DNA from: Candidatus Moranbacteria bacterium RIFCSPLOWO2_12_FULL_48_12
GTDB lineage: Bacteria > Patescibacteriota > Minisyncoccia > Moranbacterales > UBA1568
Direction of reading: 5' to 3'
Length of the DNA stretch: 49,636 bases
Assembly (NCBI GenBank): GCA_001784735.1
Contig: MFSB01000023.1
Location: 1 to 49,636, forward strand
The notes beneath the pieces are model-generated. The model did no database searches, was not told where the DNA came from, and was given only the letters and a program-made list of their open reading frames with translations. The translations under genes and the position numbers were made by a program. Of this stretch, positions 9,326 to 17,458 are shown piece after piece; position 1 is the first letter of the stretch, and every line of letters begins with the position of its first letter.

Positions 9326-10116
9326 AATATTTTTGCCAAACGCTCCCAATCTTCTACAGAAAGCGCCTGCGCCCGGATGTCGGGGCGCAACCCGAGCTGT
9401 TGCAATTTTTCTTCTACCGCTGCTTTCGCGATAGACAAACTGGAGGAAAGGTTGTTCACCAGGGTCTTCCTGCGCGCGGCAAACCCGGCTCGAGCCAGAC
9501 GGAACACCTTCCGATCTTCCTCTGGGTCATAGGCTCGCCGCGGGATGATCCGGATCACCGCACTATCGACTTTCGGCACCGGATCAAAAGCTTTCTTCGG
9601 CACGAAAAATTTCTTCTCGACAGTGGCATAGTACTGCGCCATAAGAGACAAAAGCGACATGCTCCCCGGCCGCGCTGCCAAGCGCTCCGCTACCTCATCC
9701 TGCACCATAAGCGTCAATGACACTGGCTGATGTTTGAGCGAAAGGAGCATCTTGATGATGGGTGCCGTGATGTAATACGGGATATTGGCGATAATCTTGT
9801 AGGGATGCTCGGTAAACCCGGATGTCTCGAGCAATTCTTTCATATCTATTTCCAAGATATTCCCCTCCAGGATAGAAACGCTTTGAGAATCAACGAATTG
9901 CTGCTGCAAACGCGCGACAAGCTGATGATCCAGTTCGATAGCCAGCACTTTTTCTACCCGTTTTGCCAAAACGGCCGTCAAGACCCCCGTGCCCGGCCCG
10001 ATTTCGAAGACCCAGTCTATAGACGAAACGTCTGCAACTTCAAAAATCCTTTCAACAATCTCAACGTCTTGAAGAAAATTCTGCCCCAGTGATTTTTTGG
10101 CTTTGACCTTTTTCAT
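9322..10116 (-). CDS. rsmA: 16S rRNA (adenine1518/1519-N6)-dimethyltransferase
   Basis: KKSLGQNFLQD, VFEIGPGTGVLT, IIANIPYYITAPII. The track ORF starts at 10275, but the conserved N-terminus begins at MKKVKAKKSLGQNFL (ATG at 10116). Confidence 0.9.
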   Translation of the reverse strand: MKKVKAKKSLGQNFLQDVEIVERIFEVADVSSIDWVFEIGPGTGVLTAVLAKRVEKVLAIELDHQLVARLQQQFVDSQSVSILEGNILEIDMKELLETSGFTEHPYKIIANIPYYITAPIIKMLLSLKHQPVSLTLMVQDEVAERLAARPGSMSLLSLMAQYYATVEKKFFVPKKAFDPVPKVDSAVIRIIPRRAYDPEEDRKVFRLARAGFAARRKTLVNNLSSSLSIAKAAVEEKLQQLGLRPDIRAQALSVEDWERLAKIF

Positions 10117-10275
10117 GAGCGTATAAGATTTCCTTTCATTACGACACACAATGAATGCTAGCATACCCTCATTTTTAAGCAAAAGAAAGAAGCCCAGAAT
10201 TATCCTCGCGGGCTTCAGACGAACGGTGTGGTTAAACTTCTTGTTAACAGACAGATAAGAGTAGGCCTTTATCAA

Positions 10276-11190
10276 TTACCACTTTTCGATAACAGAAAGA
10301 AGCGGTAAAATAATAATCCCCTCTGCTCCTAATTTGAGCAATTTCGGAATAAGCATATTGAGTACCGATTTCGGCACTACTGATTCAATGGCTGAAAAAT
10401 CATTTATACCGGCCAGCGGTGAAACCGTCGGCTTACGCATCGCTGGCAAGAGACGAATGATCTGAGCCTGACACTTCAACGGCACATTCATTTTAAGGAG
10501 GATGCTCTCCCTGGCTTTAACAGCGCCGCTCAATTGATGTCTGAATCCTCGGATTTCTTCACTTTTTTCCTTCCTCACCAAAGCTTTTCGATTGGCAACC
10601 AGCACGATTGATGAGCTGAAGACAATATCTATGACATCCAGGTCATTCTTAGCAAGACTTTCTCCAGTTTCGGTCGCGCACACTCCCCATCGAAAGTGAG
10701 CTGGAACGTGCGCTTCACTGGAGCCGGCACTTGGAATAACTTTTATGCGCTTCCACAGGCCTCCCCGTTTGTTAAAAAACGCGCGGGTCATTCGTGGATA
10801 CTCTGATAATACTTTGATGCGAGGCATATTTTCCCAAAAGAAGTAACCATCTTTCTTAGCGCCAAAAAGTACGATGTCGACTTTCTCTCCGGAACGTTTT
10901 CCATAACTGTCCCTGGATGAAAGATCTTCCAAAATTTCCACTTTTCTACCACTCTCATGTACGGTGTCTAAACCACAAATACCGATATCGTAATGGCCCT
11001 GAGCTACGAGCTCCGGTATCTGCTTGGAACGCATCAGCACGGCTTCAGAAACAGATGCATAACCTTGGATCGGTAGCGTATGCTTTCTGCTTTCATATTC
11101 GAAGTTTATGAAAGCATCCCGTAGAAGTTGCAATACAGGTTCTTGTAGACGGCCAGTTGGCAGAGCGAGTTTCAACATAGTTTTCTCCAT
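10276..11190 (-). CDS. hisG: ATP phosphoribosyltransferase-like protein (long-form HisG)
   Basis: MLKLALPTGRLQEPVLQLL, DIGICGLDTV, TETGESLAKNDLDVIDIVFSSSIVLVAN, and a C-terminal PII-like tail (PTVSPL...LGAEGIIILPL). No other his genes lie in the window. Confidence 0.65.
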   Translation of the reverse strand: MEKTMLKLALPTGRLQEPVLQLLRDAFINFEYESRKHTLPIQGYASVSEAVLMRSKQIPELVAQGHYDIGICGLDTVHESGRKVEILEDLSSRDSYGKRSGEKVDIVLFGAKKDGYFFWENMPRIKVLSEYPRMTRAFFNKRGGLWKRIKVIPSAGSSEAHVPAHFRWGVCATETGESLAKNDLDVIDIVFSSSIVLVANRKALVRKEKSEEIRGFRHQLSGAVKARESILLKMNVPLKCQAQIIRLLPAMRKPTVSPLAGINDFSAIESVVPKSVLNMLIPKLLKLGAEGIIILPLLSVIEKW

Positions 11191-11276
11191 CAGATTGTTA
11201 AAGGATATTTGGTTTCACAAAAGCAAAACCCCTTCTTTTTGAGAAGGGGTGGAAAAAATAAATACAACAAATATCA

Positions 11277-11585
11277 TCACGACCTCTTCTCAAAAAAAGA
11301 GTTATGATGATGCAGTCTGCTGAAAATTGTTTTATATCCGCCTTCTGTTCCTCCCAGCCACTTGGAAACCCGGGCGATAGTCGTGGCACTAAGGCCGGTT
11401 TTTTTCTGGATACGGCTATATGAAACATTCTGGGTCAAAAGAGAGGCCGCCTCGAGACGATTGGCAAATTCTATAATCTCCGTTTCCGTCATTAAGTCAC
11501 GCAAAAAACGCTGTGCTTCTTGGCGTGTTTGAAGCGCCAGCACGGCGTCTACTAATTGCTTCTTTTGAGGGGTTTTCCAGTTCAT
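11277..11585 (-). CDS. TrpR-like YerC/YecD family protein
   Basis: EAQRFLRDLMTETEIIEFANRLEAASLL...SYSRIQKKTGLSATTIARVSKWL is the characteristic YerC/YecD pattern. Confidence 0.8.
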   Translation of the reverse strand: MNWKTPQKKQLVDAVLALQTRQEAQRFLRDLMTETEIIEFANRLEAASLLTQNVSYSRIQKKTGLSATTIARVSKWLGGTEGGYKTIFSRLHHHNSFFEKRS

Positions 11586-11675
11586 ACGTCCACTTTAGCA
11601 TAGTGGAGTACTTTAGTCAAGTGGAGTGCTTAGTGATCCTTCAACTACGTTATAGAAAAAATCCCTTCCTATCCG

Positions 11676-11711
11676 TTACAAATGTTCTAGCGGCCGCTAG
11701 AACATTTGTAA
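11676..11711. repeat. 36-bp perfect palindrome TTACAAATGTTCTAGCGGCCGCTAGAACATTTGTAA
   Basis: Perfect inverted repeat centred on GCGGCCGC. It lies between the stop of 11746..12732 and the start of the YerC-like gene, so it is a candidate terminator or operator. Its arms AATGTTC/GAACATT match the palindrome inside 40798..42747. Confidence 0.8.
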
Positions 11712-11745
11712 GCTCAGAATAACGCGCCACCTACGAAAGTCTCAG

Positions 11746-12732
11746 TCAATTAATTATCTCTTCCATCGTCACGCCGATAACTCCGGCGCCGATAGAAGCG
11801 ATTTTTTGGAAGGCTACTTTGTCGAGATCGATGATGCGCCCCAGCACGAACGGTCCGCGGTCGTTTATACGCACGATGACGCTTTTCCCGTTCTCCACAT
11901 TGGTCACCCGCACATAACTCCCGATGGGGAGCCACGGGTTGGCCGCAGACATCGTCCCCGTAAAAGCATACCATGAGGCAGCCCCCTTGTGAGTTTTCCC
12001 CACTTTGACGTAGGTACCCTGGGTCGTAATTTCCGTGACGGGCGCCTTGATGGTTTCTGTTTTCAGAAGCTTGCGATTCACTTCCTGGCCGTCATGCTTG
12101 CTCACGCGATATGTCAGCCGGTCAATGCCTTTCTCACCCTTTTGAGTGATAATCATTTTGCGCCAAGAGAGCTTGTCGTCTTCATTCGTTTTCTTAGGGA
12201 ATGCGATCAGTTTGTCGACGGATTGTTCTTCTATCTGCACTCGCGTGATGACTACTTTGATGCCGCTTTCAGCAAACGTATCGCGACTCGGTTTGACGAT
12301 ATCATCTTCATCCATCGCAATGCCGCTCTCCTCAAGCGCCCGCCCTACTGTCATTGCCTGCGTATGGAGTATCTGTTCTCCCCCATCTACCGCGACCCTC
12401 ATTTCGTGTGCGCGCCCAACAAAAATGCGTGTTCCGGAAAAAAGGGGTACATCTTCATTTGGGAAAACGCTGTCTCCCTCTGACAAAGATAACTTTTTCG
12501 CAGCCAAAAACTCTCCGACAGTTTTTTCCGCCACATTAACAAAAGAAAACTCCAGCCCACCATCGATGACGATAATTGTTTTTTTATCACTCTTATTCCA
12601 CTCTTCCGACTTTGTCTTCCAAAAATAGCTAAAAGCTAGCGCGCTGAAAAACAGAAGTATGATGAAAAAAGAAAAGAGTTTTAATCCTTTCTTTTTCTTT
12701 TCCCTTCTTTCCATTCTTGATTCATGATTCAT
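11746..12732 (-). CDS. DUF348-G5-RlpA(DPBB) cell-wall protein (RpfB-like architecture)
   Basis: N-terminal TM segment. Two DUF348-like repeats. G5-like segment (...ITQKGEKGIDRLTYRVSKHDGQEVNRKLL...ITTQGT). C-terminal RlpA/3D-like barrel ASWYAF...VRVTNVENGKSVIVRINDRGPFV.GRIIDL. Confidence 0.8.
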   Translation of the reverse strand: MNHESRMERREKKKKGLKLFSFFIILLFFSALAFSYFWKTKSEEWNKSDKKTIIVIDGGLEFSFVNVAEKTVGEFLAAKKLSLSEGDSVFPNEDVPLFSGTRIFVGRAHEMRVAVDGGEQILHTQAMTVGRALEESGIAMDEDDIVKPSRDTFAESGIKVVITRVQIEEQSVDKLIAFPKKTNEDDKLSWRKMIITQKGEKGIDRLTYRVSKHDGQEVNRKLLKTETIKAPVTEITTQGTYVKVGKTHKGAASWYAFTGTMSAANPWLPIGSYVRVTNVENGKSVIVRINDRGPFVLGRIIDLDKVAFQKIASIGAGVIGVTMEEIIN

Positions 12733-12735
12733 GAT

Positions 12736-14259
12736 TCATTCCTTAAACCGATACTGGAGTGCCTCCGCCAAGTGCGGCACCAAGATTGCAGGGGCGCCTG
12801 CCAAATCAGCAATCGTACGCGCTACTTTCAAAATACGCATATAAGCGCGAGCGGAAAGTTTCATGCTCGTCACAGCGCCACGCAAGATTTCCCGCGTTGC
12901 ATCATTCAGCGCGCAGAATTCTTTCACCATATGGCTGGTCATTTCCGCGTTCGTTCGGCAAGCTTTTTCCGCAAAACGTTTTTTCTGGATGGCCCGAGCG
13001 CTCTCTACCCGCGTCCTGATGGCAGTACTTTTTTCCGCGCCGGTCTCCTTGCTCTCCAATTTCTCGAATTTCACCCGCGGCACATCGATATGCAGATCGA
13101 TCCGATCGAGAATTGGTCCCGAGATTTTCTGCCGGTAACGCGCTACCTGGAATGGCGAGCAAGCACAGGCGCGCTGCGGATCTCCCGCGTGGCCGCATGG
13201 ACAAGGATTCATCGCCGCCACCAGCATGAAACGTGCCGGGAACTGCAGCGACCCTTTGGCGCGCGAGACAGTGATTTCGCCGTCTTCCAGCGGCTGGCGC
13301 AGATTTTCCAGAACAGAGCGAGAGAATTCCGCGAATTCGTCGAGAAAGAGCACGCCCCGATGCGCCAGACTGATTTCTCCCGGCTTCGGAAACGTTCCAC
13401 CGCCCACCAGCGATATCGCGCTCGCCGTATGGTGCGGAGCCCGAAACGGCCGCGTCATAATGAGCGCCTTATCTTTGGGCAACCGGCCGGCTATTGAAAA
13501 TATCTTGGTTATTTCCAAGCTTTCTTCCAGATCCAACTTGGGCAGGATAGTCGGCAATGTTTTCGCAAGAAGCGTTTTCCCCGATCCCGGCGGACCGATA
13601 AAGAGCGTATTGTGCCCGCCCGCCGCCGCGATTTCCAGCGCCCGCTTGGCATGTTCTTGACCCAACACATAGGACATATCCAGTCCTTCGTGTTCCTCTG
13701 TAGAAAATATCACTTCTTCCCGCACAAAAGGCTCTATCAACTTTTCGCCACAGAGGTGTTTGGCAACATCAAAAAGATTCTTCACGGGAATAATATCAAT
13801 CCCTTTGACAAGTGCCGCTTCATAAGCATTTTCCTCCGGAACATATATTTCCGTAAAACCTTTTTCCTTCGCATACAAAGTGATCGGCAAAACTCCCTGC
13901 ACCCGGCGTGCTTTACCATCGAGCGCTAATTCCCCGATGAATATTTTTTTTCGATGATCAAAAGAAAGCTGTTCCGTCGCCAAAAGGAATCCGAGCGCCA
14001 TCGGCAAATCATAAATCGGCGTATTCTTGGGCAGATCGGCCGGCGCCAAATTGACTGTCACGCGACCGCACTGATGAGGCGGCTTGAAACCGCTGTTTTT
14101 GAGCGCCGCGCTGACCCGGTCACGCGACTCTTTGATCGCCGTATCCGGCAACCCGACCAACGTAAAATTATGTAGCCCGGCCGGCAAGACATCCACCTCT
14201 ACTTCCACAGAAACGCTTTCCAATCCGAGAGTCGTCGCGGAATACACTTTGGCTGACAT
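12736..14259 (-). CDS. comM: YifB/ComM family Mg-chelatase-like ATPase
   Basis: N-terminal Lon-protease-like domain. Walker A LFIGPPGSGKTLLAK, GVLFLDEFAEF, AAMNPCPCG, and C-terminal SARAYMRILKVARTIADL. Confidence 0.95.
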   Translation of the reverse strand: MSAKVYSATTLGLESVSVEVEVDVLPAGLHNFTLVGLPDTAIKESRDRVSAALKNSGFKPPHQCGRVTVNLAPADLPKNTPIYDLPMALGFLLATEQLSFDHRKKIFIGELALDGKARRVQGVLPITLYAKEKGFTEIYVPEENAYEAALVKGIDIIPVKNLFDVAKHLCGEKLIEPFVREEVIFSTEEHEGLDMSYVLGQEHAKRALEIAAAGGHNTLFIGPPGSGKTLLAKTLPTILPKLDLEESLEITKIFSIAGRLPKDKALIMTRPFRAPHHTASAISLVGGGTFPKPGEISLAHRGVLFLDEFAEFSRSVLENLRQPLEDGEITVSRAKGSLQFPARFMLVAAMNPCPCGHAGDPQRACACSPFQVARYRQKISGPILDRIDLHIDVPRVKFEKLESKETGAEKSTAIRTRVESARAIQKKRFAEKACRTNAEMTSHMVKEFCALNDATREILRGAVTSMKLSARAYMRILKVARTIADLAGAPAILVPHLAEALQYRFKE

Positions 14260-14323
14260 ATTTGAAGATGAATTAGGAATTAAGAATTGTGAATTATGAA
14301 ACGGAAACTACAGATAAAGATAA

Positions 14324-15046
14324 TTAGCTCTTAGCTATTGTTATAAAACTTCTTCTTTCAAAGTTTGAAACATCCTTTACAAAATGTAATCCTGATTTTT
14401 TGATCAAAGCCTCCATCTCTTTTTTCGTAAAGCTTCTCAATATATGGTTATCATCCCTGAATATGGTTTTTTCGCCACCAATTGTTTCCTGGTAAATACA
14501 GCGCCACATGTATAAAGTTGGTATTGCTTGTTTTTTTGCAATTTTAGAAAGTCTTCTTATGATGTGTTTATTTTGTCTTACTACTATTTGACCATTAAAA
14601 TAATTTCCTTTGCCAATTTTCCCAGTTTCATAATTATCAATGAGTATGAGTCCACCGGATTTGAGATTTTTCTTGAATGCCCCCAATGCCTTCAGCACAT
14701 CTTTGTCCGTGTACATATACGTCATAATTCTTCCCATCAAAACTATGGCGTCCTGTTTTACTTTGAGGTGAAGGTCGCGCATATCCGACTTCAAACAAGT
14801 AACACCCGTTAGCTTCTTTTTTGCCTCATTAACCATCTCTTGCGTGTAATCCACAAAGGTTATAACATACCCTTTTCTCTTCAATATTTTTGCTACATCA
14901 ATCAACCCTCCGAAAAAAACTATTCTTTTGCATTTGTTCATTTTAAGTTGCTTATCTATCACTGTTGCTATTGTCGTATGCGGAAAGTATAACCTATAGA
15001 AGGAATGGCACACTTTAGACAAATCAGTATACAACTTATTCTTCAT
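14324..15046 (-). CDS. class I SAM-dependent methyltransferase
   Basis: Motif-I-like RIVFFGGLIDVAKILKRKGYVITFVDYTQEMV, plus DAIVLMGRIMTYMY and GGLILIDN. Start placed at MKNKLY (15046) to avoid overlap with the HD gene. The segment is visibly AT-rich. Confidence 0.6.
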   Translation of the reverse strand: MKNKLYTDLSKVCHSFYRLYFPHTTIATVIDKQLKMNKCKRIVFFGGLIDVAKILKRKGYVITFVDYTQEMVNEAKKKLTGVTCLKSDMRDLHLKVKQDAIVLMGRIMTYMYTDKDVLKALGAFKKNLKSGGLILIDNYETGKIGKGNYFNGQIVVRQNKHIIRRLSKIAKKQAIPTLYMWRCIYQETIGGEKTIFRDDNHILRSFTKKEMEALIKKSGLHFVKDVSNFERRSFITIAKS

Positions 15047-15056
15047 ACAACTTAAG

Positions 15057-15656
15057 TTACTCTTTGAAAAAATTCTTATCGACACTTCTGAAAAAGGAAA
15101 TTATTTGCTCAAGTAAATCTTGAAAAGACTTTTCATCAAAATCAACCTTGAGGCGCTTGGTATCCAGATGTTTTTTCCAACGCTCATACGACACCCCGCT
15201 CTTGAAATAGTAAGCATCTTTCGAAAGATACGTGTTGATAACCGGCAGGATCTTATCCAGCAGATAAACGAACTTCGCCTCCTTATCAGTAAGGGATTCA
15301 TATTTTTCGATCGCTTCGTGGAGACTCTGAAAATCAGGCAGTTTTTTCTTGATTTTTTCCAATGCTCCTTCTTCTCTTTCCTTCTGCGAAGCGATAAAGT
15401 CTTGAGAGTGATTGTACGGATCAGTATCTCCCGCGTAGACCTCTACAAGATCATGCACAAGCGCATACTTGAGTATCAAGTCTTTTTTCAAATCCAACCC
15501 GAGTTTTTCTGAAACATACCAACCAACCAGCGCCAGCTGATAGCTGTGTTCCGAGTCGCTTTCAAGCCTGTCTTCCTCAGACACTTTCACTGTCCTTTTG
15601 ATAGCGGTGAATTTATTCAAAAATTGTATGTATTCGAGCAGTTCTTGAAATTGCAT
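15057..15656 (-). CDS. HD-domain phosphohydrolase (YfbR-like 5'-nucleotidase family)
   Basis: SDSEHSYQLALVGWYV ... ALVHDLVEVYAGDT gives the H..HD..D metal-binding pattern. Confidence 0.75.
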   Translation of the reverse strand: MQFQELLEYIQFLNKFTAIKRTVKVSEEDRLESDSEHSYQLALVGWYVSEKLGLDLKKDLILKYALVHDLVEVYAGDTDPYNHSQDFIASQKEREEGALEKIKKKLPDFQSLHEAIEKYESLTDKEAKFVYLLDKILPVINTYLSKDAYYFKSGVSYERWKKHLDTKRLKVDFDEKSFQDLLEQIISFFRSVDKNFFKE

Positions 15657-15691
15657 AGTACTTTTCTCTTTAACTTCTTACGCTTTATCCT

Positions 15692-16108
15692 TTATTCTTT
15701 ATTCTTTGCAAGTCCACAGTTCCATCGGATAATGATACCTAAAACCCCGAGGGTGAGCAAAGCATCAGCAACATTGAACAGCGGAAAAAATGGCAGTGCG
15801 ATGTAATCCGTGATACAGCCAAAGAAGAAGCGTTCCGAGAGATTCCCTAGTCCTCCGGATAAAATCAGAAGCCACGGCCACTCTCGCAAAAAAGATTCTT
15901 CCTTCCACCATTGTACAACCAAAAAAACTGAAATGGCAAAGAGTGCCGGCCCGAACAACCATTTCGGAATCATCATTCCAAGCGGTCCGCCGTAATTGCA
16001 CAGTGCCGAAAACTCGTCCGCATCAATCACCCATAATCGCAAAAGAAAATGTAAGCAAAGAAAAAGGGCGACAAAGAACATCAATCGCCCTACTTTCTCA
16101 AACCTCAT
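15692..16108 (-). CDS. lspA: lipoprotein signal peptidase II
   Basis: GGLGNLSERFFFGCITDYI and FPLFNVADALLTLGVLGII match the conserved LspA C-terminal motifs. Four TM segments. Confidence 0.85.
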   Translation of the reverse strand: MRFEKVGRLMFFVALFLCLHFLLRLWVIDADEFSALCNYGGPLGMMIPKWLFGPALFAISVFLVVQWWKEESFLREWPWLLILSGGLGNLSERFFFGCITDYIALPFFPLFNVADALLTLGVLGIIIRWNCGLAKNKE

Positions 16109-16146
16109 AGCATTGCCGAGTTACAAATTCATCCCGCTAAGCGGGA

Positions 16147-16506
16147 TTAGATGGCGGTCCGGGCGGCCGGGTACGCCTTCAGACGCTCAACACTGATTTC
16201 CTTGCCAGTTTTCTCGCACACTCCGTATGTCCCTTGATCCATTTTTTTCAAAGCGGCTAAGACGTCTTTCAGCTGCCCCTCAAGATTAGATTCCACTCCG
16301 AGATTGTCGACATACCCTTCTACTTCGGTAGCATTCTCGTCCGGGTCGGTACCGATTTCCTCAATAGTCGTTTCATAATCACCAATAACGCCCGTGGGTT
16401 TTCCAAGGCGAGCAAGCTCTACCTCTAAATGAGCTTTTTCTTCCAGTAGTTTTTGTTTGAGCTCACTCATGAGCGTGATATCCAGCGTCATAATAATCTG
16501 TTTCAA
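16147..16506 (-). CDS. DksA/TraR-family protein with degenerate zinc finger
   Basis: Coiled-coil N-terminus, acidic region and C-terminal GTYGVCEKTGKEISVERLKAYPAARTAI. Only part of the C4 motif is retained. Confidence 0.6.
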   Translation of the reverse strand: MKQIIMTLDITLMSELKQKLLEEKAHLEVELARLGKPTGVIGDYETTIEEIGTDPDENATEVEGYVDNLGVESNLEGQLKDVLAALKKMDQGTYGVCEKTGKEISVERLKAYPAARTAI

Positions 16507-16680
16507 GAAATTAACCCTTACTTCATCGACTACAGTATAGCGACTAATGTGCCGTTGAGCAAGGACAGCTCTTATGATTTCTTTGTAAATGTTTTGGAAA
16601 ATGAAAAAACTATTTCTTCACCAAAGATTTTTGGATGGAGAAATAGTTAGGAAGAACTCAAGATAGGATGGGGGAACGTC

Positions 16681-17094
16681 TCAGAAAAAAATACTCTCCA
16701 AATGGCGGATTTTCGCGCTTCTCGCCACCCCATCGTACACGATAGAAAGAGCGTCAAAGGCATACTCCCGATCCAGCCACTTATTCTGGCGCAAATAGTA
16801 TGCGGCGATTTTTTGCAACTTGTGAAGTTTTTTTCGGTTGATGTTCTCCTCGGGCAATCCGAAAGCCAGTCCGCTTTTTTCTCTGGTTTTCACTTCCACA
16901 AAAACAATTTTCTTTCCTATGGTAGCGATTATATCGATCTCCCCCAAACGCCTCCCCTTCGGATTTTTATAATTCACTTCCACAATCTTGTAGCCTTTCT
17001 TTTCCAAGTACTGACAGCCCAATTTCTCCCCCAGCGTTCCCAGAGAATCACCCGGCAAGACTTTCCACCGCTCTTTTTTCTTCCACGGCCACAT
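16681..17094 (-). CDS. yraN: YraN family (UPF0102) endonuclease-like protein
   Basis: GEKLGCQYLEKKGYKIVEVNYKNPKGRRLGEIDIIA...IVFVEVKTR is the PD-(D/E)xK YraN pattern. Confidence 0.85.
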   Translation of the reverse strand: MWPWKKKERWKVLPGDSLGTLGEKLGCQYLEKKGYKIVEVNYKNPKGRRLGEIDIIATIGKKIVFVEVKTREKSGLAFGLPEENINRKKLHKLQKIAAYYLRQNKWLDREYAFDALSIVYDGVARSAKIRHLESIFF

Positions 17095-17149
17095 AGTACT
17101 TACGTAATCAATTACGTGATTATCATATCACATCATAAGGTCACGCTCA

Positions 17150-17345
17150 CCTTCGTTGCCTCCTTCGCACAAGGCTATGGCGGGATTGTTGTTCGTGGCC
17201 GCTCAAAGTCTCGCGGACGGACACACCCGCCTACGCTAAAGCTACGGACAGGGTTGTTGTTTATACCTGCGCTATCGCGCAGACAAACACATCCGCCTAC
17301 GCCAAGGCTACGGCGGGATTGTTGCTTCTAGCTACGCTAAAGCGT
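17150..17345. repeat. about three tandem copies of a ~66-bp unit containing CCGCCTACGC(C/T)AA(G/A)GCTACGGCGGGATTGTTG
   Basis: Related units start near 17159, 17226 and 17292. Each folds as a CCGCC...GGCGG hairpin. The region ends with hairpin GCTTCTAGCTACGCTAAAGCGTAGAGAAGC followed by an A-run. Confidence 0.7.
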
Positions 17346-17395
17346 AGAGAAGCAACAAAAAAACGGCTCATCGGCCATTCATATCCCTTTATCCA

Positions 17396-17458
17396 TTATC
17401 ACTTATCACTTATCACTTATCACTTATCACTTATCACTTATCACTTATCACTTATCAC
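17396..17458. repeat. heptanucleotide microsatellite (TTATCAC) x9
   Basis: Nine uninterrupted tandem copies read directly from the sequence. The location is intergenic. Confidence 0.95.

Noticed and set aside
17396-17458. TTATCAC repeats as DnaA boxes or a replication origin.
   Set aside because: The heptamer does not fit TTATNCACA when read in tandem. No dnaA/dnaN neighbourhood or AT-rich unwinding element is evident.
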